Positions 26,187-35,337 of a DNA stretch of 43,893 bases are shown here, one piece after another. Location of the stretch: the IMG/VR virus record IMGVR_UViG_2645727810_000025, positions 1 to 43,893 of that record. The stretch is one strand, 5' to 3'. Position numbers and translations under genes: made by a program. Source of the stretch: a virus (taxonomy: Duplodnaviria; Heunggongvirae; Uroviricota; Caudoviricetes). The stretch's first letter is position 1. Each line of letters starts with the position of its first letter. Below the pieces are notes generated by a model. The model worked only from the letters and a program-made list of their open reading frames with translations. It made no database searches and was not told the DNA's origin.

Positions 26187-28807
26187 TGCCAGTTGTACCT
26201 ACAGTTAACGGACGCCAGGTCGAAAGTCGTGGGTTTCAGTCTCCTGGATTTCAGGCTTTTGATCAGCCAAACATCGGTGATGCTATCGTCGACGCTGGCA
26301 GCAAAGCTATCAACGTATTTGGAGAGGCCAAGCAACGGGCAAATGTGGCACTTACCCAAGAGGCAACTCTTCAACTGAATGCGGTTGGCAACGATCTGCT
26401 AAATAACCCTGATTCAGGCTTCATGAATCTGCAAGGGAAGAACGCGATCGGCAAGGGGCAGGAGTACGTGCAGCAGTTTGATTCTCAGGCGCAGAGCATT
26501 GCAGCAAGCCTGCCGGATGAGCAGGCGCGAAATGCGTTTCTTCAGCAGGCACAGCAGCAGAGAATCCAGTTCCAGACGACCGCTGTTCGTCATGAAGTTG
26601 GGCAGGTGCGTCAGTACGAAGCAGGTATGCAGGAGGGAACGTTACGTTCGCTGGCACAGCAGGCGATTTCTCCTGGTCTGTTTGTTCCTGCATTGATGAA
26701 TGCTCGTAATTCTATTATCGCTTATGGGAAAGCCCACGGACAGAGCGATGAGGAAATAGAGTCTAATTTCGTGCAGTGGCGTGAGCAGGCCGCCAACCGC
26801 GCCAGCGAAGCATGGTATACACAAACCTATCAGCAAATCATGGGGCCGGAAGGTAAGATCGAAGTTACCGACACTCCGAGCGAATCGCAGCTTTTTTCCG
26901 CGATGATCTGGCATGAATCCGGAGGTAATCAGTATGGCAAAGACGGTTTACCACTGGTATCTCCGAAAGGTGCAGTAGGGGTGGCGCAGGTGATGGAGGA
27001 TACGGGGCCGGAAGCAGCACGACTGGCTGGCGTACCGTGGGATCGTGGTAAGTGGCTGAACGATACGCGCTACAATGCGAAGCTTGGTCAAGCCTACTTC
27101 GGCGCGCAGATGAAGAAGTATGACAATAATCCTGTACTGGCGGTGGCGGCGTATAACGCTGGGCCAGGTGAGGTTGATGGATGGATAAAGCAGTTTGGCG
27201 ACCCGCGTACTGGTGCGGTGAGCAATGAGCAATTCGCTGCGGCAATCCCTTATGATGAAACTCGCAACTATGTCGCGAAAGTAACCGGCAGCGCTCCGGC
27301 GATACCAGGAACTGCTACGATGGAAAACCTCATCAATCAGCCTTTCTGGGATGCGATGAGTCCGCAGAACAAATCAGCGATGATGAGCAAAGTGGCAGGC
27401 ATGTACGATATGCAAGCCGCAGCTGGTCGCGTGTCATTGCAAAGCCGCATGCAGGATGACCTTGCTAAATTAGAGTCAGGACAGAAAGTTAACCCGATCT
27501 CGGAACGTGAGTGGCTGGCGGTCATGCCGTTGCAGGCAAGCCCGGCGGAGCGCATTCAGATGCGCGAGTCATTCCAGCAATATCAGCAGGCGATGACGCT
27601 GCAACCGGTATATCAATCCATTGTTCAGGGTTCTGCGCAGCAGGGTATCGCTGCGGTGCAGTCTATGGTGCCGCAGGAAGATGACCCTGACTTTAAATTT
27701 AAGCAGAGCTTGTACGCAACTGCGCAGGCCAAACTGAATCAGGTAATTAAAGCGCGCGAGTCCGACCCGGGTACGTGGCTACAAGCCAACTCGCCGGTGG
27801 TGAAAAACGCCTTTGAGCAATATCAGAACAACCAGGCATCAGGTGAATATCTGGTTTCCCGTCTGCAAGCAGAGAAAGACCGCCTTGGTATCAATAGTAA
27901 GAAGGTACTTCCTGACGCCATGGTTAACAACCTCATTTCTCAGATCGATAACAATAAAGAATCAAGCGTGACCGCCATTCAGTCGGTGGCGCAGTCGTTC
28001 GGAAAATACTCCGATCAGGTTATGCAGCAGGTGCAGAAAAGCGCATATCCAGCGCTTCAAGTCATCATGGCGACCAATAATCCTCGGGCCGCCAACGCGC
28101 TCTGGCAAAACCGCAGTGTTAAAACTTCTGACCTGCGCGGCACCTTTGAGAAGACAGACGCCGACAGCGCCGACTCATCCTGGAATGACCAGGCTAAAGA
28201 CTTTGCCGGTACGATGGTTGTGCAGCCTGGCGGGGCCGCCGTATGGAATAACTTCAACGAGCAGGGCAAGCGTCTTACCTACACCTATATGCAGCGCGGC
28301 ATGTCACCGGGCGATGCAGCAAAACAGGCCTACCAGGACGTTCTCGGTGAACAGTATCAGACCAATGGCACCTGGCGTATGCCGAACAACTCCGGGCACG
28401 ATATTCGCGACGTTAACGACGGCGCTAACGAGTATCTGAAAAACCTGTCAGCCGATCAGATCATGCCGCTTATCGGCGATGCCCGTCTACCGGATGAGGT
28501 TAACCGCGAGCAGAGTATTTCGCGCATTCGTGAAAATGCGCAGTGGGTGACGAACAGCAACGAAACAGGGCTGACACTGATGATGAACGGGCTGCTGATC
28601 AATAACGCCCAGGGGCAGCCGATTACCGTGCCGTTTGCTGACCTGGCGAAACTTGGCGCTGGCAACCGCACCACGTGGAACAGCCTGACTAAATTCGTGC
28701 AGACGCCGGTTAAGTACACTCCGGGCCAGTCGAAGAATTACACGGTGGAAAGTCAGCGCGACAACCTGATCAACATTATCCAGAACGGCCAGCAGGCGGG
28801 ACGATAA
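26183..28807 (+). CDS. internal virion / ejection protein with lytic transglycosylase (SLT) domain
   Basis: 874 aa; SLT motifs (MIWHESGGNQYG ... AYNAGPGEVDGW) in the N-terminal third. Confidence 0.75.
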   Translation: MMPVVPTVNGRQVESRGFQSPGFQAFDQPNIGDAIVDAGSKAINVFGEAKQRANVALTQEATLQLNAVGNDLLNNPDSGFMNLQGKNAIGKGQEYVQQFDSQAQSIAASLPDEQARNAFLQQAQQQRIQFQTTAVRHEVGQVRQYEAGMQEGTLRSLAQQAISPGLFVPALMNARNSIIAYGKAHGQSDEEIESNFVQWREQAANRASEAWYTQTYQQIMGPEGKIEVTDTPSESQLFSAMIWHESGGNQYGKDGLPLVSPKGAVGVAQVMEDTGPEAARLAGVPWDRGKWLNDTRYNAKLGQAYFGAQMKKYDNNPVLAVAAYNAGPGEVDGWIKQFGDPRTGAVSNEQFAAAIPYDETRNYVAKVTGSAPAIPGTATMENLINQPFWDAMSPQNKSAMMSKVAGMYDMQAAAGRVSLQSRMQDDLAKLESGQKVNPISEREWLAVMPLQASPAERIQMRESFQQYQQAMTLQPVYQSIVQGSAQQGIAAVQSMVPQEDDPDFKFKQSLYATAQAKLNQVIKARESDPGTWLQANSPVVKNAFEQYQNNQASGEYLVSRLQAEKDRLGINSKKVLPDAMVNNLISQIDNNKESSVTAIQSVAQSFGKYSDQVMQQVQKSAYPALQVIMATNNPRAANALWQNRSVKTSDLRGTFEKTDADSADSSWNDQAKDFAGTMVVQPGGAAVWNNFNEQGKRLTYTYMQRGMSPGDAAKQAYQDVLGEQYQTNGTWRMPNNSGHDIRDVNDGANEYLKNLSADQIMPLIGDARLPDEVNREQSISRIRENAQWVTNSNETGLTLMMNGLLINNAQGQPITVPFADLAKLGAGNRTTWNSLTKFVQTPVKYTPGQSKNYTVESQRDNLINIIQNGQQAGR

Positions 28808-28808
28808 G

Positions 28809-30515
28809 ATGCCTATTTATACAGATGATCCGGGGCAGGGTATAAACCAGCCGTTGTCGAATGCCCAGGCAGGGTTGGGTGAATCACTGCTTTCTTCCCT
28901 GAAAGAGGGATTTAAAGAGGGGCCGGTAGTATCCGGCTATCGTTTCTCCCAGGCTGAACAACTGGCTAACGATCCGAACTCGACCATTGTCGCCAAATCA
29001 GATGCCGATGCTCGCCTGAAAGAGTACGGTGTGAAAAGCATTAACGTGCCGGAAAGTGGAGTCACGCAGTCGTATCTCGATCATGTGATCAGCGAGCGCC
29101 GGGAATCGCTGGCGAAGCAGCAGATCGCCATGTCGGCCCCGTCTGGATGGGTAGCCACTCCGCTTAACTTTGCCGCAAACCTTGCTGGCTCCATGGCTGA
29201 CCCCGGCAACGTGGCGCTGGCGCTGGTCCCGTTCGGTGGAGAAGCGAAAGCGGCTACCATGCTCGGGCGGTTCGGCGAACGCTTGGCTACCGGCGCGCGG
29301 CTTGGCGCTGGCCAGGCCATTGCCACCGTACCGCTGACGGCACAGGCAGCAGCGGCAGAAGGGGATGACTTCACCTACGGCAATGCGCTGGAGAGCACTT
29401 TTTTTAACACCCTGGCTGGCGGGCTTATGCACGCTGGCGGCGGGCTTATCTCTGATGTTGTACGCTCCCGCAGGGCTGGCACAACTGAAAATCCTGCTAC
29501 CTCGCCAGACGCTCAGCCCGTCGCTGATGCGCAGCCAACGCCGGTAGTCACGCCTGACAATATTCCGGCTGGCGTCAATATTCCTGAGGCCGGCACTAAC
29601 GCCGATCTGTCAGCGGCAATCGCGCGGGATGCAGAGGCCTACGCCTACAGCCGCGCCTATGATGATGTCGTGCCGGAATATCTCGCCCGGCAGCAGGAGC
29701 TACAGACCGGGCGCGTCGACAACGTTGCCGATCTGCGCACTGAGCTGACGACCAATAACCGGCAAAGTGAAGCGCTTGACGCTACGCTGGCGCAGCGCAC
29801 GACGGAGTATCAGGCGCAACGTATGAACTTCAAAGCGGCGCGAGCCAGGGCGCAGCGTGATATTCAGGGTGAGAAAGACACCATTGCCGCGCGTAATCAG
29901 GAAATTAACCAGACGCTTGAGCGTAACGCCGCCGCAGAACAGGCGCGCGGCAGAGAGTCGCAACTGTCACGAAAAGAGATCCCCGACGACCTGGCCCCGT
30001 TAATCGATCAGCGCGCACAGCAGATCCGCGAGAGCATGCAGATGTCACCGGTCGCCGGTGCCGTGCGTACAGCTTCGGCAGCGGTGCGGGAGGCAGACTG
30101 GAGCGTAAACCAGCAGGCTTATCGCGGCGCACTGGCGCACATGATGGAAGGTCGCTCTCCGGACATTGAGCCTTTCTACGATCTGCACAAACCAGCGCTA
30201 CGCGAGCGTGCTATCCAACGCATCCAGAATCCTGTGCGGCAGGCTAATGAAGGTTCACGCGCCGTCAGTGAAAGTGCCGATCGTGTGTGGCAGGATACGC
30301 AAAAGGCTGACCACGAAATCACAGCGGCCACTGCCGATCTGGAAAATGAATTCAATATCAGTGACGCGCTGCTGAACGACATTGCCGCAGACAACCCTGA
30401 GCTGGCAGCGTCAATGCGCGAGAACATTGCCGCGATCCGTGCAGAGGCCAGTGACGACTCTATCGGCAAAGCGTATCGCGCTTTCGCCGCCTGTATGATT
30501 AACCGGGGGCTGTAA
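28809..30515 (+). CDS. internal virion / ejection protein
   Basis: 568 aa; position in the ejection-protein block. Confidence 0.55.
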   Translation: MPIYTDDPGQGINQPLSNAQAGLGESLLSSLKEGFKEGPVVSGYRFSQAEQLANDPNSTIVAKSDADARLKEYGVKSINVPESGVTQSYLDHVISERRESLAKQQIAMSAPSGWVATPLNFAANLAGSMADPGNVALALVPFGGEAKAATMLGRFGERLATGARLGAGQAIATVPLTAQAAAAEGDDFTYGNALESTFFNTLAGGLMHAGGGLISDVVRSRRAGTTENPATSPDAQPVADAQPTPVVTPDNIPAGVNIPEAGTNADLSAAIARDAEAYAYSRAYDDVVPEYLARQQELQTGRVDNVADLRTELTTNNRQSEALDATLAQRTTEYQAQRMNFKAARARAQRDIQGEKDTIAARNQEINQTLERNAAAEQARGRESQLSRKEIPDDLAPLIDQRAQQIRESMQMSPVAGAVRTASAAVREADWSVNQQAYRGALAHMMEGRSPDIEPFYDLHKPALRERAIQRIQNPVRQANEGSRAVSESADRVWQDTQKADHEITAATADLENEFNISDALLNDIAADNPELAASMRENIAAIRAEASDDSIGKAYRAFAACMINRGL

Positions 30516-33061
30516 TGGCTAACGAATTTCTGACGCAATGCGAAATGACCGTCAATACGGCTGCCGGGCGCAAGCTGTCTGAGGACGAAATGGAATCTCT
30601 GGTGCGTGACATGAACGACACCACTAACCGGATCCTGGCTGGCAATGAAGCACTGACACTGGAAGAAGCGGCGATGCGCGCCGCGCAGGAGCTTGGCAAC
30701 CGCGAGCAACTGGCGAAAGTAATCGAGGCACGCAACAAGGCCATCAATACGCGCATTGCAGCGCAGCGCCTCGGTGAGCTTCGCCGGACGTGGAAAGACA
30801 GGCCTGACATTGGGCTGGAAGCAATGCTGGTAGGCCGCAATGACGCGCGCACCGGCTCCCGCCGCTCTGTATCGTCTGAGGTGGCCCAGCTGCGCGGGAA
30901 GTATCACGCCGGTATTAACTACGATTTCGACCAGGCCGGGCTGGTTAAATTTATTGCCAGCGGCAGCAACGACCGGGAGATCGCCGACGCCATGTGGCGC
31001 ATCGGTCGCGGACAGAAAACGGACGGCATGACGCCACAATCTGTCAGTGCTGCGAAGATCATCATGAAGTGGCAGGAAACTGCGCGCGTGGATGAAAACC
31101 GTGCTGGTGCCTGGATCGGCAAGATGCCCGGCTACATCGTACGGCAGTCGCATGACATCCTGAAAATTCGTGCCGCCGGGTATGAGTCCTGGCGCAATGC
31201 CATTCTGCCGCGCCTTGATGATATGACATTTGACGGGATCACCGACCGCGATGGATTCCTGCGTGGCGTTTATGATGGCTTGGCCTCCGGCGTGCACCTG
31301 ACATCTGAAAAGCCTGACTGGATGAATGGCTTCAAGGGATCGTCTAACGCGGCGAAGCGCGCCAGCCAGGAGCGCGTGCTGCACTTCAAAGACGGTGTTA
31401 ACTGGCACGAATACAATGAGCAATTCGGGACCGGCAGCCTGCGAGAAGCAGTATTCGGTGGCCTGAACAGCGCGGCGCGCACGACGGGCATGATGCGCGT
31501 ACTGGGCACTAACCCGCAGAACATGTTCAAGTACCTGACAGACACCATCGCCAAAGACGTGAGTAAGCAGAGCAACCCTGCGGCGCTGGCAGATTTCATG
31601 ACCAAAGTTCGCCGGCTGAATCGCACGGTGATGCCTCAGGTAGACGGATCTCTGAATATCCCCGGCAGTGTCGGCTGGGCCAATGCCTCCGCTAACGTGC
31701 GCGGCTGGCTGCGAATGAGTCAGCTCGGCGGCGCGGTTATTTCGTCTTTTAACGACGTGCCGATCTCGGCGACAGAAATGCGGTATCAGGGCCAGAATTT
31801 TATGCAGGCGCTGACCGGCGCAATGAAGGGGCGCTTCTCCCGCTACACCAGTGATGAGCAGAAGGAAATTCTTTCCTCCATCGGCGTTTATTCCGACACG
31901 ATGACGCAAGAGATCATCCGTCGCATGTCCGGCGACGACAGCATGAGCGGGAAGATGGGCCGTGCGCAGCAACTGTTCTTCAAATACAACCTCATGAACT
32001 TCTGGACAGAATCCGGGCGTAACAGCAACGCCATGATGATAACCAACTGGCTGGCGAAGAACGCGGATCAGCAGTTCACGGCGTTGCCGGAAGACCTGCG
32101 CCGCGTGCTGGACCTGCACGGCATAGGTGACGCTGAATGGAATATCTACCGCAGCATGGACATGGCAGACAGCGAAGGCCGCAAATTCATGACGACCAGC
32201 GGAATTCGTGGCGTTCCGGATGAGGTGATAGCCTCATATGTTGAAGGAAAAGGCATGAAGGTCACCGAGCGATCTATTGCCGATGCGAGAGACACGCTGG
32301 AAAGCCAACTTCGTGGGTATATTCTTGACCGACTAAACATCGCTATGTCAGAGCCGGGAGACCGTACGCAGGCGTTTATGAAGATGGGCACTGTACCAGG
32401 AACAGTAGCTGGGGAGGCAATACGTTTCGCTGGTCAGTACAAATCGTTCACTGCGAGTTTCATGCAGAACGTGCTTGGACGTGAGGTATTCGGGCGTGGT
32501 TATACTCCCGCAGGACTGGGTGAGTCGAAAACCGGATCTCTGACGAATGCGCTGCTGCGTAACGGAAAAGGTGCATTCTTGGGGGCGGCAAACCTGTTCG
32601 TCTGGGCAACCATGTTTGGCTATATCTCTATGCAGTCGAAACTATTGCTTAAGGGGCAGACGCCGCGTCCGGCAGATGCCAAGACATTCCTCGCAGCCGC
32701 ATCTCAGGGCGGAGGCCTAGGCATCTTAGGCGACTTCATGTTTGGCGAAGTCAATCGCATGGGGGCTGGTCCAGTGACATCATTGATGGGGCCAGCCGCG
32801 TCGAACGCTGATAGCATTATCACGTTGTTCCAGCAGACAACGCGCGGCGATGCAGACCTGGGTGACTGGTATCGCACCGCGCTGGACAATACGCCTTTCC
32901 TTAACGTGTTCTGGCTGCGCACAGCAATGAATGGTTTAATATTGAACCGTATACAGGATGCGCTTGACCCAGGCTCTTTGGAGCGATATCAGCGCCGGGT
33001 TGAGCGTGAGCAGGGTAACGACTTTCTGATTCCACCATCGCAGTTCATGCTAGGGAAGTAA
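30515..33061 (+). CDS. internal virion / ejection protein
   Basis: 848 aa; coupled to the previous gene; with it, comparable in total length to T7 gp16. Confidence 0.55.
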   Translation: MANEFLTQCEMTVNTAAGRKLSEDEMESLVRDMNDTTNRILAGNEALTLEEAAMRAAQELGNREQLAKVIEARNKAINTRIAAQRLGELRRTWKDRPDIGLEAMLVGRNDARTGSRRSVSSEVAQLRGKYHAGINYDFDQAGLVKFIASGSNDREIADAMWRIGRGQKTDGMTPQSVSAAKIIMKWQETARVDENRAGAWIGKMPGYIVRQSHDILKIRAAGYESWRNAILPRLDDMTFDGITDRDGFLRGVYDGLASGVHLTSEKPDWMNGFKGSSNAAKRASQERVLHFKDGVNWHEYNEQFGTGSLREAVFGGLNSAARTTGMMRVLGTNPQNMFKYLTDTIAKDVSKQSNPAALADFMTKVRRLNRTVMPQVDGSLNIPGSVGWANASANVRGWLRMSQLGGAVISSFNDVPISATEMRYQGQNFMQALTGAMKGRFSRYTSDEQKEILSSIGVYSDTMTQEIIRRMSGDDSMSGKMGRAQQLFFKYNLMNFWTESGRNSNAMMITNWLAKNADQQFTALPEDLRRVLDLHGIGDAEWNIYRSMDMADSEGRKFMTTSGIRGVPDEVIASYVEGKGMKVTERSIADARDTLESQLRGYILDRLNIAMSEPGDRTQAFMKMGTVPGTVAGEAIRFAGQYKSFTASFMQNVLGREVFGRGYTPAGLGESKTGSLTNALLRNGKGAFLGAANLFVWATMFGYISMQSKLLLKGQTPRPADAKTFLAAASQGGGLGILGDFMFGEVNRMGAGPVTSLMGPAASNADSIITLFQQTTRGDADLGDWYRTALDNTPFLNVFWLRTAMNGLILNRIQDALDPGSLERYQRRVEREQGNDFLIPPSQFMLGK

Positions 33062-33062
33062 T

Positions 33063-33434
33063 ATGAACAGAATTATATTAATGACTCTTCTTATTTTTTT
33101 TGTTGGAAAAGCTTCTGCTGATACTACATCACCTTTAATGATTCAGCCTAAAAATGGAGAAACATTGGAGGATTCTAAAAAGCATACAATGGAATACTTT
33201 GGATGCATAAAAGGGCAGGCTGTAAAGTATGCCAAGACAGGAGAAAGTGTTGATTCCATATCAAAAGCTTCGGTTGTGTCATGCGAGTCATACATACCAA
33301 TGATCGCCGAGTCGAATATATATTATTTAAACTCTTCGCAAGATGGTAAGCGGCAATTTACAGAAAGGCTAAAATCTGATGGTGAGAGATTAGCCACAAA
33401 ATTTGCCATGGATGAGAAGATTAAAAATAAATAG
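33063..33434 (+). CDS. secreted/periplasmic hypothetical protein (AT-rich moron)
   Basis: 123 aa with signal peptide MNRIILMTLLIFFVGKASA/DT; visibly lower GC than the flanking structural genes. Confidence 0.6.
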   Translation: MNRIILMTLLIFFVGKASADTTSPLMIQPKNGETLEDSKKHTMEYFGCIKGQAVKYAKTGESVDSISKASVVSCESYIPMIAESNIYYLNSSQDGKRQFTERLKSDGERLATKFAMDEKIKNK

Positions 33435-33442
33435 GTGACCAC

Positions 33443-33739
33443 ATGCAAGCTATTGGTTTCATTGTTTACATAGTTGTTGGTCTTTTTCAGTTGGCTGCGA
33501 TCATGGCTGGTCTTGAATCGTGGTGGGGACTGCACTGGATAGTGGCTGCACCCATTGCTTTCATCGTTAGTTATATCCCGTTGGTCGGTTCCATTGTTGG
33601 AATGGTTGGCGCTGTCGACGTATGGCGTTGGGAATGGTGGCAGGCAGGGCTTCTTTTCTTTGGCGGCCTGGTTTTTGCTATTGCGTGCGGGGGAATGTCT
33701 TCGTTCTTCGAATGGCTATCCTTCAGGAAAAGAGCGTGA
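33443..33739 (+). CDS. small integral membrane protein (98 aa, about 3 TM segments)
   Basis: Hydrophobic Trp-rich sequence; ATG after AGGTGA; stop lies inside the GTGACATGTCAC palindrome. Confidence 0.6.
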   Translation: MQAIGFIVYIVVGLFQLAAIMAGLESWWGLHWIVAAPIAFIVSYIPLVGSIVGMVGAVDVWRWEWWQAGLLFFGGLVFAIACGGMSSFFEWLSFRKRA

Positions 33740-33747
33740 CATGTCAC
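33736..33747. repeat. 12-bp perfect palindrome GTGACATGTCAC (copy 3)
   Basis: Overlaps the TGA stop of the 33443-33739 gene; followed by a terminator. Confidence 0.7.
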
Positions 33748-33749
33748 AA

Positions 33750-33776
33750 AGGCCGCCGAAGCGGCCTTAATTTTTT
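33750..33776. terminator. bidirectional intrinsic terminator
   Basis: AGGCCGC-cgaa-GCGGCCT hairpin followed by TAATTTTTT; between convergent genes. Confidence 0.65.
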
Positions 33777-33927
33777 AACGCCCGCCAGGACGAGAATCGG
33801 CAGAACGACCACCGCAGCGTGATCCATCCGAAGCCGTATCGCTGTCATGCTGGCAGTTTCCAGCAAAAGCTTGTGTAGCAGAACCCAGAGACAACAGAAC
33901 AAACAGCACTGCTAATGCTTTTTTCAT
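33775..33927 (-). CDS. candidate small secreted protein (50 aa), below the ORF-track cutoff
   Basis: My own translation: MKKALAVLFVLLSLGSATQAFAGNCQHDSDTASDGSRCGGRSADSRPGGR; canonical signal peptide with AFA cleavage motif; weak SD. Confidence 0.4.
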   Translation of the reverse strand: MKKALAVLFVLLSLGSATQAFAGNCQHDSDTASDGSRCGGRSADSRPGGR

Positions 33928-33995
33928 TTCTTAATTCCATGTGTAGGCCACTAAATTATGGCGAAGAATTGTAGCGCGTCCATGCGCTACCGTCA

Positions 33996-34685
33996 TCAGA
34001 ACTTACCAGTCATGCTGTTGATGTACTGCACATGAGTCTGGATATCGCGCAGGCATTTACTGGCACCTACGATGTAGCTCATCATGGCCGTGAACTCTGC
34101 TACAGCACCTTCAACATCATGTCCGTCGGCGTCCATCTTCCGCAGCAGGTCCATCAGCATCGATCGCTCCGTCAGGCCAAGAACGCCTTCAGGTGAATGG
34201 ATGTGTTCACGGTAGTTCGGCTTGAGTGGTGCGCTGTATTCCTGTTTCTCTTCCGTTTTCATCGCTTCCAGAATGGCGGGCATGAAGCTGGCCACAACCT
34301 TTTGCGCTTTGTCTGCCGGTGATAATTCTTCACGAACGTAGCGACCGGTGCGACGTATCTGCGGGAGAACTTCGCCAGTTACCCATTTGCGGAAACGATA
34401 GGGGATAGTACCAGGAGTTACCGCATCGCGGCAGCGCAGGATCAGAGTGTAGAGGCCGGATTCAGAGATGATGAGGGTATTAGGGTTCCCTCGTTTTCCG
34501 TCGGTTAAAGCGACGGTATTCTTTTCGTCGTCATCCAATTTAAGCAGAGCATCACGGTTGTTTGATATACCAAGAGCATTACATACATCTAACGCAATAA
34601 ACCATGGCTCGCCGTCGATGATGATTGCACGAATATCGGCTTGCGATTCGAAAGAAAAAACTGAAGTATTTTTTTGAGTTGTCAT
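33996..34685 (-). CDS. phage antirepressor, Bro-N domain protein
   Basis: 229 aa from ATG at 34685 (AAGGTG SD; the track's first codon at 34694 is GTG); N-terminal Bro-N pattern (FSFESQADIRAIIIDGEPWFIALDVCNALGI). Confidence 0.7.
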   Translation of the reverse strand: MTTQKNTSVFSFESQADIRAIIIDGEPWFIALDVCNALGISNNRDALLKLDDDEKNTVALTDGKRGNPNTLIISESGLYTLILRCRDAVTPGTIPYRFRKWVTGEVLPQIRRTGRYVREELSPADKAQKVVASFMPAILEAMKTEEKQEYSAPLKPNYREHIHSPEGVLGLTERSMLMDLLRKMDADGHDVEGAVAEFTAMMSYIVGASKCLRDIQTHVQYINSMTGKF

Positions 34686-34843
34686 AGTGATCACCTTTTA
34701 GTCTGGTTAATCACCACCGGAGGTTCCAATCTCGGAGGTGGTGAACTGTGCAGGGTTGGAACTACCGGCTAAAAGGACCCGGCGCACCTTTCGGTGCCCC
34801 CACACAGCCCACCATAATGCGAATGTGGCCGTGCTTAACGCAT

Positions 34844-34945
34844 AAAAAAACCGCTTGCGCGGTGAATGCGCCTTTTAGTATCCGGGGTTCCAATCCCGGC
34901 ACTGGATTTTGCCAGTGCCTGATCACTATGGCACAAGTATTTTGC
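34844..34945 (-). ncRNA. candidate small regulatory RNA upstream of the antirepressor gene (C4-antisense-like architecture)
   Basis: Minus-strand order: palindromic promoter-like site (34955-34969), then 8-bp stem-loop GGCACUGG/CCAGUGCC, 5-bp stem-loop with loop AUUGGAAC, then CCGC-GCAA-GCGG hairpin plus U7; the loop motif GAUUGGAAC recurs in a hairpin at 34715-34745 in the antirepressor 5' UTR. Confidence 0.3.
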
Positions 34946-34954
34946 GTTGTAAAT

Positions 34955-34969
34955 TTACCGTAAAGGTAA
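34955..34969. promoter_or_regulatory. operator-like palindrome TTACCGTAAAGGTAA
   Basis: TTACC-N5-GGTAA followed by TAATAAG; upstream of the candidate RNA and antirepressor. Confidence 0.5.
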
Positions 34970-35000
34970 TAATAAGCGCATAGTGTATGATATTTCAACC

Positions 35001-35261
35001 TTATGTGGTTTGTCTTCGTAGCTGTTCAACACAGTAATCGAGATGTGTCTGCACATCCTTCATGGATAGCTGTGAGCTGGTGACATAGTTCACCAGTGCA
35101 GTAAGTTCGGCCAGCGGCCCGTCGACGTTGAACCCGTCTTTATCAAGTTCCCGCAATAAAGTCATAAGGTGCGAGTTCTCCACCAGGGATATAACGCCTC
35201 CCGGCGTGTGTACTCTTTCATAAAATCCATCTTCCAGTGGGTGGTGATACCGCTGTTGCAT
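35001..35261 (-). CDS. small protein paralogous to the antirepressor C-terminal domain (86 aa)
   Basis: ATG at 35261 with GGAG SD (the track start at 35279 is TTG); HTPGGVISLVENSHLMTLLRELDKDGFNVDGPLAELTALVNYV aligns with HSPEGVLGLTERSMLMDLLRKMDADGHDVEGAVAEFTAMMSYI of the 33996 gene. Confidence 0.55.
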   Translation of the reverse strand: MQQRYHHPLEDGFYERVHTPGGVISLVENSHLMTLLRELDKDGFNVDGPLAELTALVNYVTSSQLSMKDVQTHLDYCVEQLRRQTT

Positions 35262-35337
35262 TAACCATTCTCCATACAAACACTGTATATATATACATAT
35301 ATCAGATGAACCACTGTTTCACCAGTATGATTTTTAA

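Noticed and set aside
30176-32119. 647-aa ORF on the minus strand
   Set aside because: Lies entirely antisense to the well-supported ejection-protein genes in GC-rich coding DNA and is rich in Arg/Ala/His as expected for a shadow frame; no SD-ATG context.
34715-34900. tRNA-like T-loop motifs (GGTTCCAATCC) suggesting tRNA genes
   Set aside because: No acceptor stem, D-arm or anticodon arm can be built around either copy, and position 57 of the would-be T-loop is C; interpreted as hairpins of a regulatory RNA instead.
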